DNA of 60,088 nucleotides, from IMG/VR virus record IMGVR_UViG_3300027861_004722. The stretch is one strand, 5' to 3'. The first letter of the stretch is position 1. Each line of letters starts with the position of its first letter. Shown one piece after another: positions 36,268-49,152 of the stretch. The notes beneath the pieces are model-generated. The model was given only the letters and a program-made list of their open reading frames with translations. It was not told the DNA's origin and made no database searches. The DNA is from an uncultured virus (IMG/VR IMGVR_UViG_3300027861_004722). Its lineage: Duplodnaviria > Heunggongvirae > Uroviricota > Caudoviricetes. A program made the position numbers and the translations under genes.

Positions 36268-38091
36268 ATGCTTAAATGTAGTCGATATATCTTCTCTTAC
36301 GAGACCCCCGCTGATGAAGTCAAAGATTTCATTCTTCGATCTGATGATTTAGCCGCCAAAACCTATGGGCGCGATAAGTCTTTTTCCAGACTAAACCAAG
36401 TGCTTGATCAAGCACGGTTTCTAGGATGGCCCCTCCCTAGATTTGGGTCAGATATCCCAGAGGATTTTACAGAAATCCCCCCACAAGGGATAGACCACAT
36501 ATTTGAAAATCAATCCAAGTTATTGGTTGATGTTGCACCCGTAACTAGAGTGATGCTAGAAGATGGGAAATACTGCCCAGTAAGGATGATTTGCGGATCT
36601 ACAGTAGCAGGGGATTTAGTTTGGAGATGCCACTTATTAGTAGATCGTGATGGAACTCCTTACATTCAAAGACATAATAGACAACTTAAGGTTAGAACTA
36701 AAGGCACAAGAATAGTTTGTCATACGGATTCTCTGCCCTTCGATGAAAAATATATGTTCGAATGTTTCGGGGGAGAAGAATCTGGAATTTGGCCCGTCCC
36801 TTTCCTTCCAGAATTCTTTGCAGAAAGAAATATCGCACAAAAATTTAGCCCAGAAGTCGGTGTAGTCGAAGTTGTTAAGCTTGAGGAAGCAGAGCCAGTT
36901 CACGTCTTCACCAATGATCTAGCTCCCTGGTATCGTCCTCTTCAAATAGACCGAACTCGTGCTCTTACTTTTGATCCAAGAGATGAGTATTATCCTGAAG
37001 AGGAGAACCAGCCCCAGAATACCCAGAATCAACCAAGATCCAAACAATTCGACCCCGGTGCTTTAGTAGAGGGCTGGGATGATTTTGATGAAGAAGAAGC
37101 CTTTGAGCTAGATGAGTTTGAGGAACAAGATCACCTAGATCATCCAGACTCAGACCACTATGGTGAGGAGCCTCTAGATGAGGATACCCCTCTAATAAAC
37201 CTAGCCACCCCTCTCACGCAGCCCGAAGAGATAAAGCTAGCAGAGTATGATTCAGTCATAGCCAATAGCCAGATAGCCTCAAAAGCAGAAGCAGAAGACC
37301 TCAGGAAGGATCCTGAGCATAAAGAGCGAGCCGAGGGTTGGCTAGTTGCTGCGGTCAACAGAATGCAGCTACTGGCTAATCACACTTCAAAGATCGGCGC
37401 TCTTCTTTCCATTCTAGAAAAACACGCAGGCCAACAATTTTTGATAATACAGCCTCGCCAAAAGTGGGCAGCAAAAGTAGTCGATGTCCTAAAAGGCCGG
37501 GGAATAGAGGCGTGCTTACATAACCCACAAAACAAGTCACAGACTAGTAGATTTTACGAAGGTGCCCTTAAGGTATTAATCACTAATCAACCAAAAGAAG
37601 AGTTGTTTATTGAAGATATAATAATTATCTCAGTATCTACCTTCAACCTAATACCTTGGCTCGATTGGCTAAATCCATCGCAGGTAGTATATACCCTGCC
37701 TACTAAACAACTAGGTTATGGGGACTTCAATTTTGTCCCAGAGCATCCAGCACTAACCATCGAAATAGAGACCTACAAAGGCCCGGGTCTGGATATATTA
37801 AAGCTACCTACAAGCGCCACAGCAAAAGCAAAACCAGCGCCTACTTCAGAAACAAAGACAACCGGAACAAAGACGACCAGAAAACCAAAAGAAAAAAAAC
37901 CACCCAAGCCTAAGTTTAGGATAAAAACGGGAAAGGGGCGTCCTAAGTCAGCAGCAACCTACGAAAAAGCAGTAGAGCTAGCAAAGAAGCTAGAGGCGAA
38001 GGGGCAAAAATGTGAAATTTATGCCCCCGAGGGTAAGGAAGCTTTATATATAACTGGAATGCCAGAGCAATTGCAAGGAGAACTAAACTAA
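36268..38091 (+). CDS. large protein with degenerate SF2 helicase C-terminal-like domain, acidic linker and basic tail
   Basis: SKIGALLSILEKH..QFLII...RFYEGALKVLIT resembles a RecA2 domain; no Walker A or DExx seen. Confidence 0.55.
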   Translation: MLKCSRYIFSYETPADEVKDFILRSDDLAAKTYGRDKSFSRLNQVLDQARFLGWPLPRFGSDIPEDFTEIPPQGIDHIFENQSKLLVDVAPVTRVMLEDGKYCPVRMICGSTVAGDLVWRCHLLVDRDGTPYIQRHNRQLKVRTKGTRIVCHTDSLPFDEKYMFECFGGEESGIWPVPFLPEFFAERNIAQKFSPEVGVVEVVKLEEAEPVHVFTNDLAPWYRPLQIDRTRALTFDPRDEYYPEEENQPQNTQNQPRSKQFDPGALVEGWDDFDEEEAFELDEFEEQDHLDHPDSDHYGEEPLDEDTPLINLATPLTQPEEIKLAEYDSVIANSQIASKAEAEDLRKDPEHKERAEGWLVAAVNRMQLLANHTSKIGALLSILEKHAGQQFLIIQPRQKWAAKVVDVLKGRGIEACLHNPQNKSQTSRFYEGALKVLITNQPKEELFIEDIIIISVSTFNLIPWLDWLNPSQVVYTLPTKQLGYGDFNFVPEHPALTIEIETYKGPGLDILKLPTSATAKAKPAPTSETKTTGTKTTRKPKEKKPPKPKFRIKTGKGRPKSAATYEKAVELAKKLEAKGQKCEIYAPEGKEALYITGMPEQLQGELN

Positions 38092-38645
38092 TGACACCTT
38101 TCCAAGAAGAGCTTTATAGATTACTGCAAAGCGCCAAACAAGAATCAAATGCCTTTACCTCCCCAACGGAAGACGCGGGAAACGAAACCCACAAAATAAT
38201 AAAATTTTCTCAAAAATGGGATTTCAAAGAGAAGCATGAGCAACTTACAGCAGAAAAAGATACGCTAGAGACCAAGTTTGAAAAAAGCAAACAACATACT
38301 GTCAACACAGTAACCAAATCAGTGGTCAAAGAGCTAGTTCCTATAATTGATGAGCTGTTCACTCTATCTAAACATACAACTGGAGCTACTCCTCTGGACC
38401 GGGGCCTAAATATAGCCCTAACAAACCTTGAGAAATTCTTACAGCGCAGGCAAGGAGGAGTTATACGTCCTAAAATAGGAGAGCAGCTTGATCCAGTTAA
38501 GCACCAAGCAGTAAGTGCTGAACAAGATCCCAGCCACCACGGTAATTCTGTTTCAGAAGTTTACCGATATGGTTACTATGTTATGGGCAAGGTTATTCGT
38601 GAAGCAGAAGTAAAAGTAAAATGTGGTGTAAAGAACCCAGTCTAA
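38091..38645 (+). CDS. grpE: nucleotide exchange factor GrpE
   Basis: KELVPIIDEL, GEQLDPVKHQAV, GY....VIREAEVKV. Confidence 0.85.
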   Translation: MTPFQEELYRLLQSAKQESNAFTSPTEDAGNETHKIIKFSQKWDFKEKHEQLTAEKDTLETKFEKSKQHTVNTVTKSVVKELVPIIDELFTLSKHTTGATPLDRGLNIALTNLEKFLQRRQGGVIRPKIGEQLDPVKHQAVSAEQDPSHHGNSVSEVYRYGYYVMGKVIREAEVKVKCGVKNPV

Positions 38646-38663
38646 ATTTGCTATCATATGTTC

Positions 38664-38933
38664 ATGAATAGATATGCAACAAACCCCAGCCAACTCGCCA
38701 ACTGTGGCAGCTGTGCAGGTAACCCAATCCCTAGCTTTTTCAGTAATTACGGAGAGCTAGGTAGTTTTTGGACAACAACCAAAGGAACCGTATTAGGTCT
38801 GGGCGCTGGTATCTTAGTAGGCATAGTTGCTAATAATTTTAAAGACGATATGCCAAACCCAATACTACAAATGGTAGTATCCCCCGTCTCGGCTAGCATC
38901 ACTACACTAGTAATTTATGGGCTAGTCAGCTAA
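38664..38933 (+). CDS. small two-TM LG/NP-motif membrane protein
   Basis: MNRYATNP, CGSC, YGELGSFW; TGnTATCAT 6 nt upstream. Confidence 0.65.
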   Translation: MNRYATNPSQLANCGSCAGNPIPSFFSNYGELGSFWTTTKGTVLGLGAGILVGIVANNFKDDMPNPILQMVVSPVSASITTLVIYGLVS

Positions 38934-39055
38934 ACCCTAATAGGCTTAGCAGGCCATCGACACTTACAGTCCAGTGCGACATAGGTAGCACCATGAGCAT
39001 CATAATAGCAAGGCTTCTTGCAGTCGCTACATACGTAGTCAACAGGTCCACTCAT
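38930..39055 (-). CDS. 41-aa Zn-ribbon microprotein, absent from ORF track
   Basis: ATGA overlap with DHH stop; MSGPVDYVCSDCKKPCYYDAHGATYVALDCKCRWPAKPIRV. Confidence 0.55.
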   Translation of the reverse strand: MSGPVDYVCSDCKKPCYYDAHGATYVALDCKCRWPAKPIRV

Positions 39056-40164
39056 TTTTTATCTCCAGCGATTTGAAGAGCTTTATGGCGAACAATCTTA
39101 AAGCAGCTTTCGAACAGCATATCACTTAATTCTTCGGGGATATTCTCGAACAAGGGTAGGGGAATCTTAACTCGCCCAGCACCCGTCTTTCCACCACCCC
39201 CGCCGAAAGCAGTCTGTACGAACTCACTGACATTGATAGCGGTATTCTTTGAGCGCATACTGATATCAATAGACCCTCCCACAAGCCCGAAAACAATAGC
39301 AGTAGTAATGCCTTCAGTTTTTGTATACATATCCGCTAGATAAGAGAGAGCAGCTCCCCGAGACTCCGGAATATGCCCAATACCTGTTACCAGTACTGAG
39401 TTTTCTATGGTTTTATTATGCCAGCCCATAACAAACAAGTCATGGTAGTATGTAGGATTTGAGTAGTTAAGAATTTCTTTATATAGTTTATTGTCTTTGT
39501 GGGTTAGACAGAAGGACAAAGCCGCAAAGTCTAGATCAGTGGCACTATCTGCAGTCCCATCCACTGTATCTGTTTTAATACCAAGAGCTAGCGCTGTAGC
39601 CAGCTTCTGGCCCGCCTCGCTGGTAAAATCAATATCTGCGTCCTGGGCATACTGCCACATAATAGAAGAGCATGCACCAATCATACGAACATCACTAGCC
39701 ACTTTGGCTGGCTCTCCTTGCTCGTGATGATCAATAATAAAGTCAGGTGTAGCGGGGCAGACTCCAGAAGGGCCATCAAGGGATATTATACAAGTAAAGT
39801 CTTCAGCTTTAAACTCTGTATCTGACTTCGGGGTTACGCCTAAAACTTGCCGCATTATCTTATTTTGGGGTCTAGAAAAAGTCCCTCGATAGAAACACGT
39901 TGGCGTATGTCCCCAAGACTCTAGTATAGCTGCCATCGTGTACATAGATGCTATACCATCTGGATCCACCTGGGCACCAGAAAAAAGAGCCACTCTTTCA
40001 AGGTCAGCTTTCTTTATCTGATCTAAGATCGGCTTTCTGAGTTTGGCCGTTGCCCTGTCTTGACTGGAATTCTGCGGATCCATCGATAAACCTTGCTGCG
40101 TGTCTTGTGATTCCGAATCACCAAGATTATCCAATAAAGACAGAGATTCTACTTTGTTGTCCAT
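39052..40164 (-). CDS. DHH/DHHA1 phosphoesterase (NrnA-like)
   Basis: DPDGIAS, IDHH, GIKTDT, SMRS, GGGG; start codon uncertain. Confidence 0.88.
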   Translation of the reverse strand: MDNKVESLSLLDNLGDSESQDTQQGLSMDPQNSSQDRATAKLRKPILDQIKKADLERVALFSGAQVDPDGIASMYTMAAILESWGHTPTCFYRGTFSRPQNKIMRQVLGVTPKSDTEFKAEDFTCIISLDGPSGVCPATPDFIIDHHEQGEPAKVASDVRMIGACSSIMWQYAQDADIDFTSEAGQKLATALALGIKTDTVDGTADSATDLDFAALSFCLTHKDNKLYKEILNYSNPTYYHDLFVMGWHNKTIENSVLVTGIGHIPESRGAALSYLADMYTKTEGITTAIVFGLVGGSIDISMRSKNTAINVSEFVQTAFGGGGGKTGAGRVKIPLPLFENIPEELSDMLFESCFKIVRHKALQIAGDKK

Positions 40165-40279
40165 AGTATCTCTACTTGCTTCTTCACCAGAGTATACCAC
40201 AGAATTAATATCTGTAAAGACTTAGTGATCTTGACATTAAGATTTACTGAGGTAAATTAAGACAAGGCTAAAGGACTTA

Positions 40280-41188
40280 ATGACTACACAAGTAATAATT
40301 GATGGATCAAATCAGTGGTATAGAGCCTACGCAGTAGGAAGCGCTCATATGGGAGAGGGCCCTGGAGGGCCTGTGTCGATCATGACTTATATGCTGCGTA
40401 GGGAGTGCCGGGAATATGGAAGCAACAATGTTATAGTCTGCTGGGACGCGGGAGACGGCGGAAGAAAAACGTTAGACCCAACGTATAAAGCAAATCGCAG
40501 CCCTATTCCAGGAGTATGGGAAAACATAGTTTATATGAAAGCTATGGTAGATGCGCTAGGCATACGAAATGCTCACAAAAAAGGATATGAAGCAGATGAT
40601 GTTTGTGGGTCACTAGCTGCCAGAGCTTCTAAAACAGAAGATGACAAGGCATACATATTATCTTTTGATAAGGACTTCTACCAACTCGTTAATGATAGCG
40701 TATGTATACTGAGACCTGGAAGAACAGTCCATGGTAAAAAGATACCAAGAAAAGTCATTGATCGAGGCGTTGTAATAGAAGAGTTCGGCTGTGCACCAGA
40801 AAAGCTAACACTATTCAAAGCGTTTGATGGTGATAAATCTGACAATATCCCAAGATTGCCCGTTAGGTTCATGCCGAAGTTTAAAGAATCACTATTTAAA
40901 GTCCTCTCACTTTCTAATAATTTGAACGACTTCTATAATCATTTAGATATATTTGATGATAAGTATCATGCTGAGCTATTAAAATTTAGGGATAGGGCTG
41001 AGTTAAATAAAAAATTAGTTGATATACAAATCCACATAGATGTTAGTGTAGAGAAACCGCCTCTAGATGGGCAGCAGTTCGAAAATCTATGCAAAGAGAT
41101 GGAAATTTCTAGATTAAAATTTGATGATTGGATCAATATGCCCAAGGAGCCCGCCCCTCCCCCGCCAACCCAAAACAGTTTGTTTTAA
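40280..41188 (+). CDS. 5'-3' exonuclease / flap endonuclease (PolA N-terminal type)
   Basis: IIDGS, YKANR, GYEADD, DKDFYQL, GDKSDNIP. Confidence 0.92.
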   Translation: MTTQVIIDGSNQWYRAYAVGSAHMGEGPGGPVSIMTYMLRRECREYGSNNVIVCWDAGDGGRKTLDPTYKANRSPIPGVWENIVYMKAMVDALGIRNAHKKGYEADDVCGSLAARASKTEDDKAYILSFDKDFYQLVNDSVCILRPGRTVHGKKIPRKVIDRGVVIEEFGCAPEKLTLFKAFDGDKSDNIPRLPVRFMPKFKESLFKVLSLSNNLNDFYNHLDIFDDKYHAELLKFRDRAELNKKLVDIQIHIDVSVEKPPLDGQQFENLCKEMEISRLKFDDWINMPKEPAPPPPTQNSLF

Positions 41189-41232
41189 TCTTGATACATT
41201 AGGGCCACATGCTAGAATTTAGTGGGAGTAAC

Positions 41233-41667
41233 ATGGCAAAATCAGTAAATCCGCAGGATAAGCATCCTGAGCAAAAACCACAGCAAGAGGAACAAGCAGA
41301 GGAACAAGCAGAGGAACAGGCTGCCCCTCTCCCCCCGAACAATAATATTTCAATGTTGGCGTATTTGTATGATAATACAGCATATGATCTACAGAAAGCC
41401 CTTGCCTCACAAGCGATCCTACTAACAGACGAGAAGATTAAGAACAAAGTTCGTTGGCTTGGTGAAATAGCTAAGACTTTGTCTGTGGTCTACCAACTAG
41501 AGTCCATGAGAATGAGCCCCAAACTAAACAGTTTAAATATCCCTGACGTAAATGTGGCCAAGGTAGATCCCGCTCTCAAAAAGAGCCAAAGCAGGCAAGA
41601 GTTTAACCCAAGCAGAGGACAAAATTTAGGTCAATTTAATAGCCCTGGCGGATGGAAACCTTTTTAA
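41233..41667 (+). CDS. hypothetical protein
   Basis: GGGAG SD before MAKSVNP; EEQA repeats. Confidence 0.65.
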   Translation: MAKSVNPQDKHPEQKPQQEEQAEEQAEEQAAPLPPNNNISMLAYLYDNTAYDLQKALASQAILLTDEKIKNKVRWLGEIAKTLSVVYQLESMRMSPKLNSLNIPDVNVAKVDPALKKSQSRQEFNPSRGQNLGQFNSPGGWKPF

Positions 41668-42350
41668 TGAATTTACCCAAAATTATAGTTTATCAATACA
41701 TAGTTAAGGCAACTAGAGATGAGAAAGACATAGACTGGGGCATTGAAGATGAAACTATGTCTAAGCTTTTCCTAGGCTTTCCCTGGAAAGAAGCTTTAAA
41801 CTCTTACAACATTAGAACCAAATTCTATTACGGTTTTAGCATATCTGGGCATGGAGACGAACAATTTCCTATTATAGATGCTAAAGTCGAAGTCCATAAG
41901 CCCTCTTTGGCAAACCCTGAATTTATGATAGAGGTAGCTTCAATGCCTACTAAGCTTTTACCTGAGCATCGGGAACACCTAAACAGTGTTTTAAATGACG
42001 CAAGTCTAATCGAAAAGCAAGAATTCAAAATTTGGTGGGATGACGACCCCAGAGGGCCAAGAAAAAGAAAACTAAAAGATAAGAATCGGCTAATAGCCAA
42101 GGTTAAAGAATTGGATTCGTATACTGGCTCAGATGATTTAAAAATGGAAGATGCCGAAGTATCAATACCCGAGGCACTAATCTTTTTTGGTTTTGACACT
42201 AATTTTACACAAAGGGAGGCTCGCAAAGACTTTAAAGTAAGATATAGGCAATTACAGTTAGAGCACCACCCTGATTCAGAAACTGGCAACGAGGAATCAT
42301 TTTTATTTTTGCAGAAGTGTTATAACATTTTAAAGAAGTGGATCCGTTAG
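41667..42350 (+). CDS. protein with C-terminal J domain
   Basis: YRQLQLEHHPDS..G...F..LQKCYNIL; TAATG overlap. Confidence 0.75.
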   Translation: MNLPKIIVYQYIVKATRDEKDIDWGIEDETMSKLFLGFPWKEALNSYNIRTKFYYGFSISGHGDEQFPIIDAKVEVHKPSLANPEFMIEVASMPTKLLPEHREHLNSVLNDASLIEKQEFKIWWDDDPRGPRKRKLKDKNRLIAKVKELDSYTGSDDLKMEDAEVSIPEALIFFGFDTNFTQREARKDFKVRYRQLQLEHHPDSETGNEESFLFLQKCYNILKKWIR

Positions 42351-42372
42351 AAAATTTTGATAGACTGGCACT

Positions 42373-43410
42373 ATGAGTCACTATGAAACTCTTGGCGTAA
42401 CTGACTCATCTTCCGAAGATGAGATCAAAAAAGCCTACAAGAAACTTGCTAAAAAGCATCACCCAGATGCTAATCCAAATAACCCCTCCTCCGAGGATAG
42501 GTTTAAGAAAATCTCGGCTGCCTATAGCGTAATCGGTGATTCGCAGAAGCGTGCTCAGTATGATAATGAGCAACAAATGCGAGCAAGCGGCTTTTCTGGG
42601 TTCGAAGGCTTCAGCGGCGGCTTCGACCCCTTCTCTGCCTTCAGGGGCGGCAGCCCTTTCCCCTGGCAACAAAGCTCTTCTCTACACTTACAGACATCTA
42701 TCCAAGTGTCTTTCTTGGACGCAAAACAAGACCAGGTAAAGCCAGTTAAATTTAACCGCAGAAGCCCTTGCTCTAGATGCAAGGGGACTGGGGCTAAAGA
42801 ATACCACGCCTCAGGATGTTTGACCTGCAAAGGTCAGGGGAGGGTCACACAGATGCTTGGTGGCCTTATACAGGCCACGCAAACATGCCATGCTTGTCGT
42901 GGCACCGGGAAATTGATCAAAAAGAAATGCGCAACGTGCAAAGATGGATCAATATCACAAACCTCCGAGGTTAGTGTCCATATTCCAGCAGGAATACTCG
43001 ATGGCCAAACTCTTAGGCTGCGCGGAGAGGGTCATCGCTCTGCCGAAGGCAAGGGCGACCTATTAATACAAGTTGCTATAACACCAGATAAACGATGGGA
43101 GCGACAGGGGGCTCACATTATCACAAAACTCAAAGTTAACTACCCAACCCTGGTGCTGGGTGGCAACATAGAAGTAGAAACTATTTGGGGCAAGGAATTA
43201 GTAAAAATTCCTGAAAATACAAAAAGTGGATCAAAACTAGCACTTTCTAGAAAAGGCTTCCCAAGGCTAGGAAGAATTCTAGAGAGCGAGCGGGGATCCC
43301 ATTACCTTATTATCGAACTAGAGTTGCCAAAAACCTTACCAAAAAACACTTCAAAGAAGCACAAAACATTACTACAAGAACTTAAAAAATTGTATGATGC
43401 GACTAAATAA
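42373..43410 (+). CDS. dnaJ: DnaJ chaperone
   Basis: HYETLG, HHPD, G/F region, CxxCxGxG repeats. Confidence 0.93.
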   Translation: MSHYETLGVTDSSSEDEIKKAYKKLAKKHHPDANPNNPSSEDRFKKISAAYSVIGDSQKRAQYDNEQQMRASGFSGFEGFSGGFDPFSAFRGGSPFPWQQSSSLHLQTSIQVSFLDAKQDQVKPVKFNRRSPCSRCKGTGAKEYHASGCLTCKGQGRVTQMLGGLIQATQTCHACRGTGKLIKKKCATCKDGSISQTSEVSVHIPAGILDGQTLRLRGEGHRSAEGKGDLLIQVAITPDKRWERQGAHIITKLKVNYPTLVLGGNIEVETIWGKELVKIPENTKSGSKLALSRKGFPRLGRILESERGSHYLIIELELPKTLPKNTSKKHKTLLQELKKLYDATK

Positions 43411-43660
43411 GGACAAGGTTAAGGAGATAGCCAGCAATACGGGTGAAGTCAATTGCTTGCTGTGGAAAAACATTAAGTTTTCTTGGGAATCTACCCTAAA
43501 TAATGTTGACCAGTATGTTTCCGAAGGTTATTTTTTAGGTATACATCCAAAATATGTATATGAAAGATTAACTATATCTGCTGACTTTACCAATAATGTT
43601 TTTTATTTAAAGACAGGACGCGGTAAAATAATTACCTGGATCAATATACTTGATCTTTAG
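43394..43660 (+). CDS. hypothetical protein
   Basis: Overlaps dnaJ end. Confidence 0.55.
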   Translation: MMRLNKDKVKEIASNTGEVNCLLWKNIKFSWESTLNNVDQYVSEGYFLGIHPKYVYERLTISADFTNNVFYLKTGRGKIITWINILDL

Positions 43661-43704
43661 TTCAAATCTTGATATCACCGTCCACTAGTATATACTCACA
43701 ATAG

Positions 43705-46239
<2,535 letters not shown>

Positions 46240-46355
46240 TACTATAGTATAGCGTATTTAACTGTATTATTGAAATATGTTGACTAAATTTTTGAGGGTT
46301 TAGTTTTACTGAAATTTTACCAGTTTACATAGATTTTTGATATAATAATCATAAG

Positions 46356-46958
46356 ATGCATAGACCAGGTTATTTAAATGGCTTTGAAGGTATTACAGCA
46401 CGTAATGCCTCAACAAACAGAACACTGGGCCATTATTCTAGCGGCTTAACTTTAGGTAGTTTTGGTAAAGGGTCTATGGCACCACCGCCCGAACCGCCAG
46501 GCATAGCGCCTGGTGCTGCCCCTCCCCAATTCGTTGGTGGAAAATGGCAGTGCTCTGGAACCCAACCAACATCAGCCGCAGATGGGTTTTACCAGTGCTG
46601 TCCCATAACCGGATGGACTAAGGTAGGCTTCGAAGATAGAGTACCTTGCGGAAAAAATAACGGGATGCTCACCTGTGGCCCCCTACCAGAAGGCGCTGCT
46701 GTTGAAGATGCAATATGCTGCGAAAATATCACGGAATGGGCTCCCCGTGGAGAGCCAGGAAGTGACCCTTGCGAACAAGCAGGTATGGCACACTCTCAGG
46801 CTACAGGACGGGCAGTGCCCGGAATGACCTCAACCATGCTCACAGAAGATATAGTTATTGATCAAGGCCCTCTGCTAAGCCCTGTGCTGTTAGTGGGCGG
46901 TGGGCTGGTCGTTGCTATAATTTTTGGTGTTACTATCTTCTTAAAACTTAAGAGTTAG
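46356..46958 (+). CDS. Cys/Pro-rich LG-motif membrane protein
   Basis: RPGYLNGFEG; CC repeats; C-terminal TM. Confidence 0.75.
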   Translation: MHRPGYLNGFEGITARNASTNRTLGHYSSGLTLGSFGKGSMAPPPEPPGIAPGAAPPQFVGGKWQCSGTQPTSAADGFYQCCPITGWTKVGFEDRVPCGKNNGMLTCGPLPEGAAVEDAICCENITEWAPRGEPGSDPCEQAGMAHSQATGRAVPGMTSTMLTEDIVIDQGPLLSPVLLVGGGLVVAIIFGVTIFLKLKS

Positions 46959-47406
46959 CAACTACTCTAGCAAATAGAGGATTAGAAAGAGCACTTTTAC
47001 TACGATTTTTCCTGATGTGATTTACTATTTTCTTACCAGGCTCATTAGATAGTTTTCTAATGGCTAATCCAGAAATAAGCCCTGATCGATTCCAGCCAGC
47101 CCAACACGTACTAAGAACATTATCTCCGCGAAGTATATGTTCTATAGCAAGTTCCGCAGCCTGCTTAGCCTTTTTGATAGTTTTTTTATACTCTCTAGGA
47201 GTAAATAAGATAGTATCTCTCAAAGGGACATACAGAACATCCGCAGCTTCAAATCCGCCACCGGTATCCTCTATATAATTAGGTTGGTAGTTTTTTGCAG
47301 CAAGTATAAGCAACGAAATGTTATTCTCTCGAAGAATTTCCGGTATCTCTCTAGCCCCCGCCTGATACAGTTCCCCACCATTGGTATGTCTATATATGAG
47401 ACTCAT
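46948..47406 (-). CDS. dual-specificity / tyrosine phosphatase family protein
   Basis: CWAGWNRSG (CX5R), PLRD, LSNPLF. Confidence 0.88.
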   Translation of the reverse strand: MSLIYRHTNGGELYQAGAREIPEILRENNISLLILAAKNYQPNYIEDTGGGFEAADVLYVPLRDTILFTPREYKKTIKKAKQAAELAIEHILRGDNVLSTCWAGWNRSGLISGLAIRKLSNEPGKKIVNHIRKNRSKSALSNPLFARVVANS

Positions 47407-48428
47407 TACCTACCTCTAGCAGATGTAGCGGGCTTCTTTGCTGTAAAATAATAAAGTAGGCCAATCGTTACCAAGATAGGTATCCACATGTTTGCTTTCT
47501 TGGTTTCTCCAAACCCCCAGCCGTCCAAATTAGAAGGGCCAAAAAAAGCACCTCTTAGCCAGGAAAATAGACCACCAGTTTCTGCTGGAGGCGTAGGCCT
47601 AGCTGGAGCCGCTGCCGCTGGGGCAGACCTGCGGATAATTGCAGGAGGAGCCGCAGAGCTAGATCTCTGCATAGCTTTTCTAGTTTCGTGCGCCGACACC
47701 ATAGACTCAATTTTTGATTGTGCTGTAGGAGCAGATCTTCTTGCCCTGCGGGGCATACCACCACCCCCACCACCGCCGGTATAAGCGCCAGGTGGGGCCA
47801 TAACAGGTGCTTGGGTGACCATAGAGTCAACATGTGATTGGGCCATCTCTAATTGCTGTAGCTCCCCTTCAAGTTTTGCTTTTTCAGCATCTTCCAAAGC
47901 TTGTTCTTCTGGAGATTTAGAGGCCTGGGGAGCAGCTTGCGAAGCCCGGGCCTGAGCTTGGGCCGGAGCTTTTTGAAAACAACTCGGGCATGATAGATTA
48001 GAGCAGGGCCCTGGATATCCAGCCGCTGTTCTGGCCTGGCAACTAGTAAAGCCCTGGGCAGGCTCCTCAGGAAGCTCCCTATAGTTAGGATCATCAAAAC
48101 AATCTTTTTCCTGATATACAGTCCCCTCCGGATCACAATCACCACCATCACAACAATCCTTGCCTTTGCAAGGCATGCCTTTGGTAGAGGTAGCTTCTCC
48201 TTCAGGACATTTCGGATCTTGCATATAAAATTTTCCGGTTCTTTTATCTACCGCGTTGTCTATTGCTTTAGATCCCGGAGGCGCTCCACCTGGAGGAGCA
48301 GAAGGTGGTGGGGTGAAAGCCCCTTTACCATTAAAATTTCCTAAAGAGCTATAGGAAGACCCAAAGCTGCTTTTATTTCTAGGAGACATTCCTTGAAAGC
48401 CTGATAAATTTCCTGGACGTGTAACCAT
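47406..48428 (-). CDS. Cys/Pro-rich LG-motif membrane protein, N-terminal paralog of 46356
   Basis: RPGNLSGFQG; Cys-rich region, coiled coil, C-terminal TM. Confidence 0.75.
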   Translation of the reverse strand: MVTRPGNLSGFQGMSPRNKSSFGSSYSSLGNFNGKGAFTPPPSAPPGGAPPGSKAIDNAVDKRTGKFYMQDPKCPEGEATSTKGMPCKGKDCCDGGDCDPEGTVYQEKDCFDDPNYRELPEEPAQGFTSCQARTAAGYPGPCSNLSCPSCFQKAPAQAQARASQAAPQASKSPEEQALEDAEKAKLEGELQQLEMAQSHVDSMVTQAPVMAPPGAYTGGGGGGGMPRRARRSAPTAQSKIESMVSAHETRKAMQRSSSAAPPAIIRRSAPAAAAPARPTPPAETGGLFSWLRGAFFGPSNLDGWGFGETKKANMWIPILVTIGLLYYFTAKKPATSARGR

Positions 48429-48517
48429 ATAGCTAATCCTTAGTATTTATTATATCAGTTAAGAAAACTTTTCGCAATTACTTCTATTTTTGTATAATGA
48501 TTACTGAGGTAACTACG

Positions 48518-49144
48518 ATGGCACAGTATTCAGAACTAGGCGACTTATACGGAGAACAACGATTAGGTTCTTTCGAAGGTTATGGTGTATCCAATCTTGG
48601 CCAAGGCTTCGGGAATTTAGGAGATTTAAGTGGCGCAGCTTCCGATAGACTCGATAATGAAATAGATCAACTCCAAAACGACCTGTATACTGCCCAAAAT
48701 CAGGTAGGGCGCGGTCAAGGCCATATGCCCGGTACCTTTAGGCACCCATCAAATCGTGGAAGAACAGGAGAGTTTGCGCTCGGTAATACCAACAGGCTGC
48801 TACCCCAAACAATACAGCAACGCCAAAGCCTTGGGGCGCAACCAGCTCAAGGATCTCAGGACAACGGCGCTTCAGCCGGAGAAGTACTAACCGGAATCGG
48901 TGCCATTTTAGGACCTCTAGCCCAAGCCGGGGTTGGCATTTTCTCTGCTAGCCAGCAAGCCAAATTAGAAGAACAAAGATTAAAAAGTGGTGGAGGACAT
49001 CGTGGCGGCGGCGGTAACGCTGCACTCATCGCAGCCCTCAGTAACCAAGGTGGCGGCGGAAGCAGCACCGGAATAATTATAGCAGTAGTCGCTGTAATCA
49101 TGATCATGGGAATGATGATGTTTATGATGAGTAAAAAGGATTAG
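48518..49144 (+). CDS. LG-repeat membrane protein with Met-rich TM
   Basis: YSELGDLYG..LGSFEG..NLGQGFGNLGDLSG; GIGAILGPLAQAGVGIF; IMIMGMMMFMM. Confidence 0.8.
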   Translation: MAQYSELGDLYGEQRLGSFEGYGVSNLGQGFGNLGDLSGAASDRLDNEIDQLQNDLYTAQNQVGRGQGHMPGTFRHPSNRGRTGEFALGNTNRLLPQTIQQRQSLGAQPAQGSQDNGASAGEVLTGIGAILGPLAQAGVGIFSASQQAKLEEQRLKSGGGHRGGGGNAALIAALSNQGGGGSSTGIIIAVVAVIMIMGMMMFMMSKKD

Positions 49145-49152
49145 GAGCCTAA

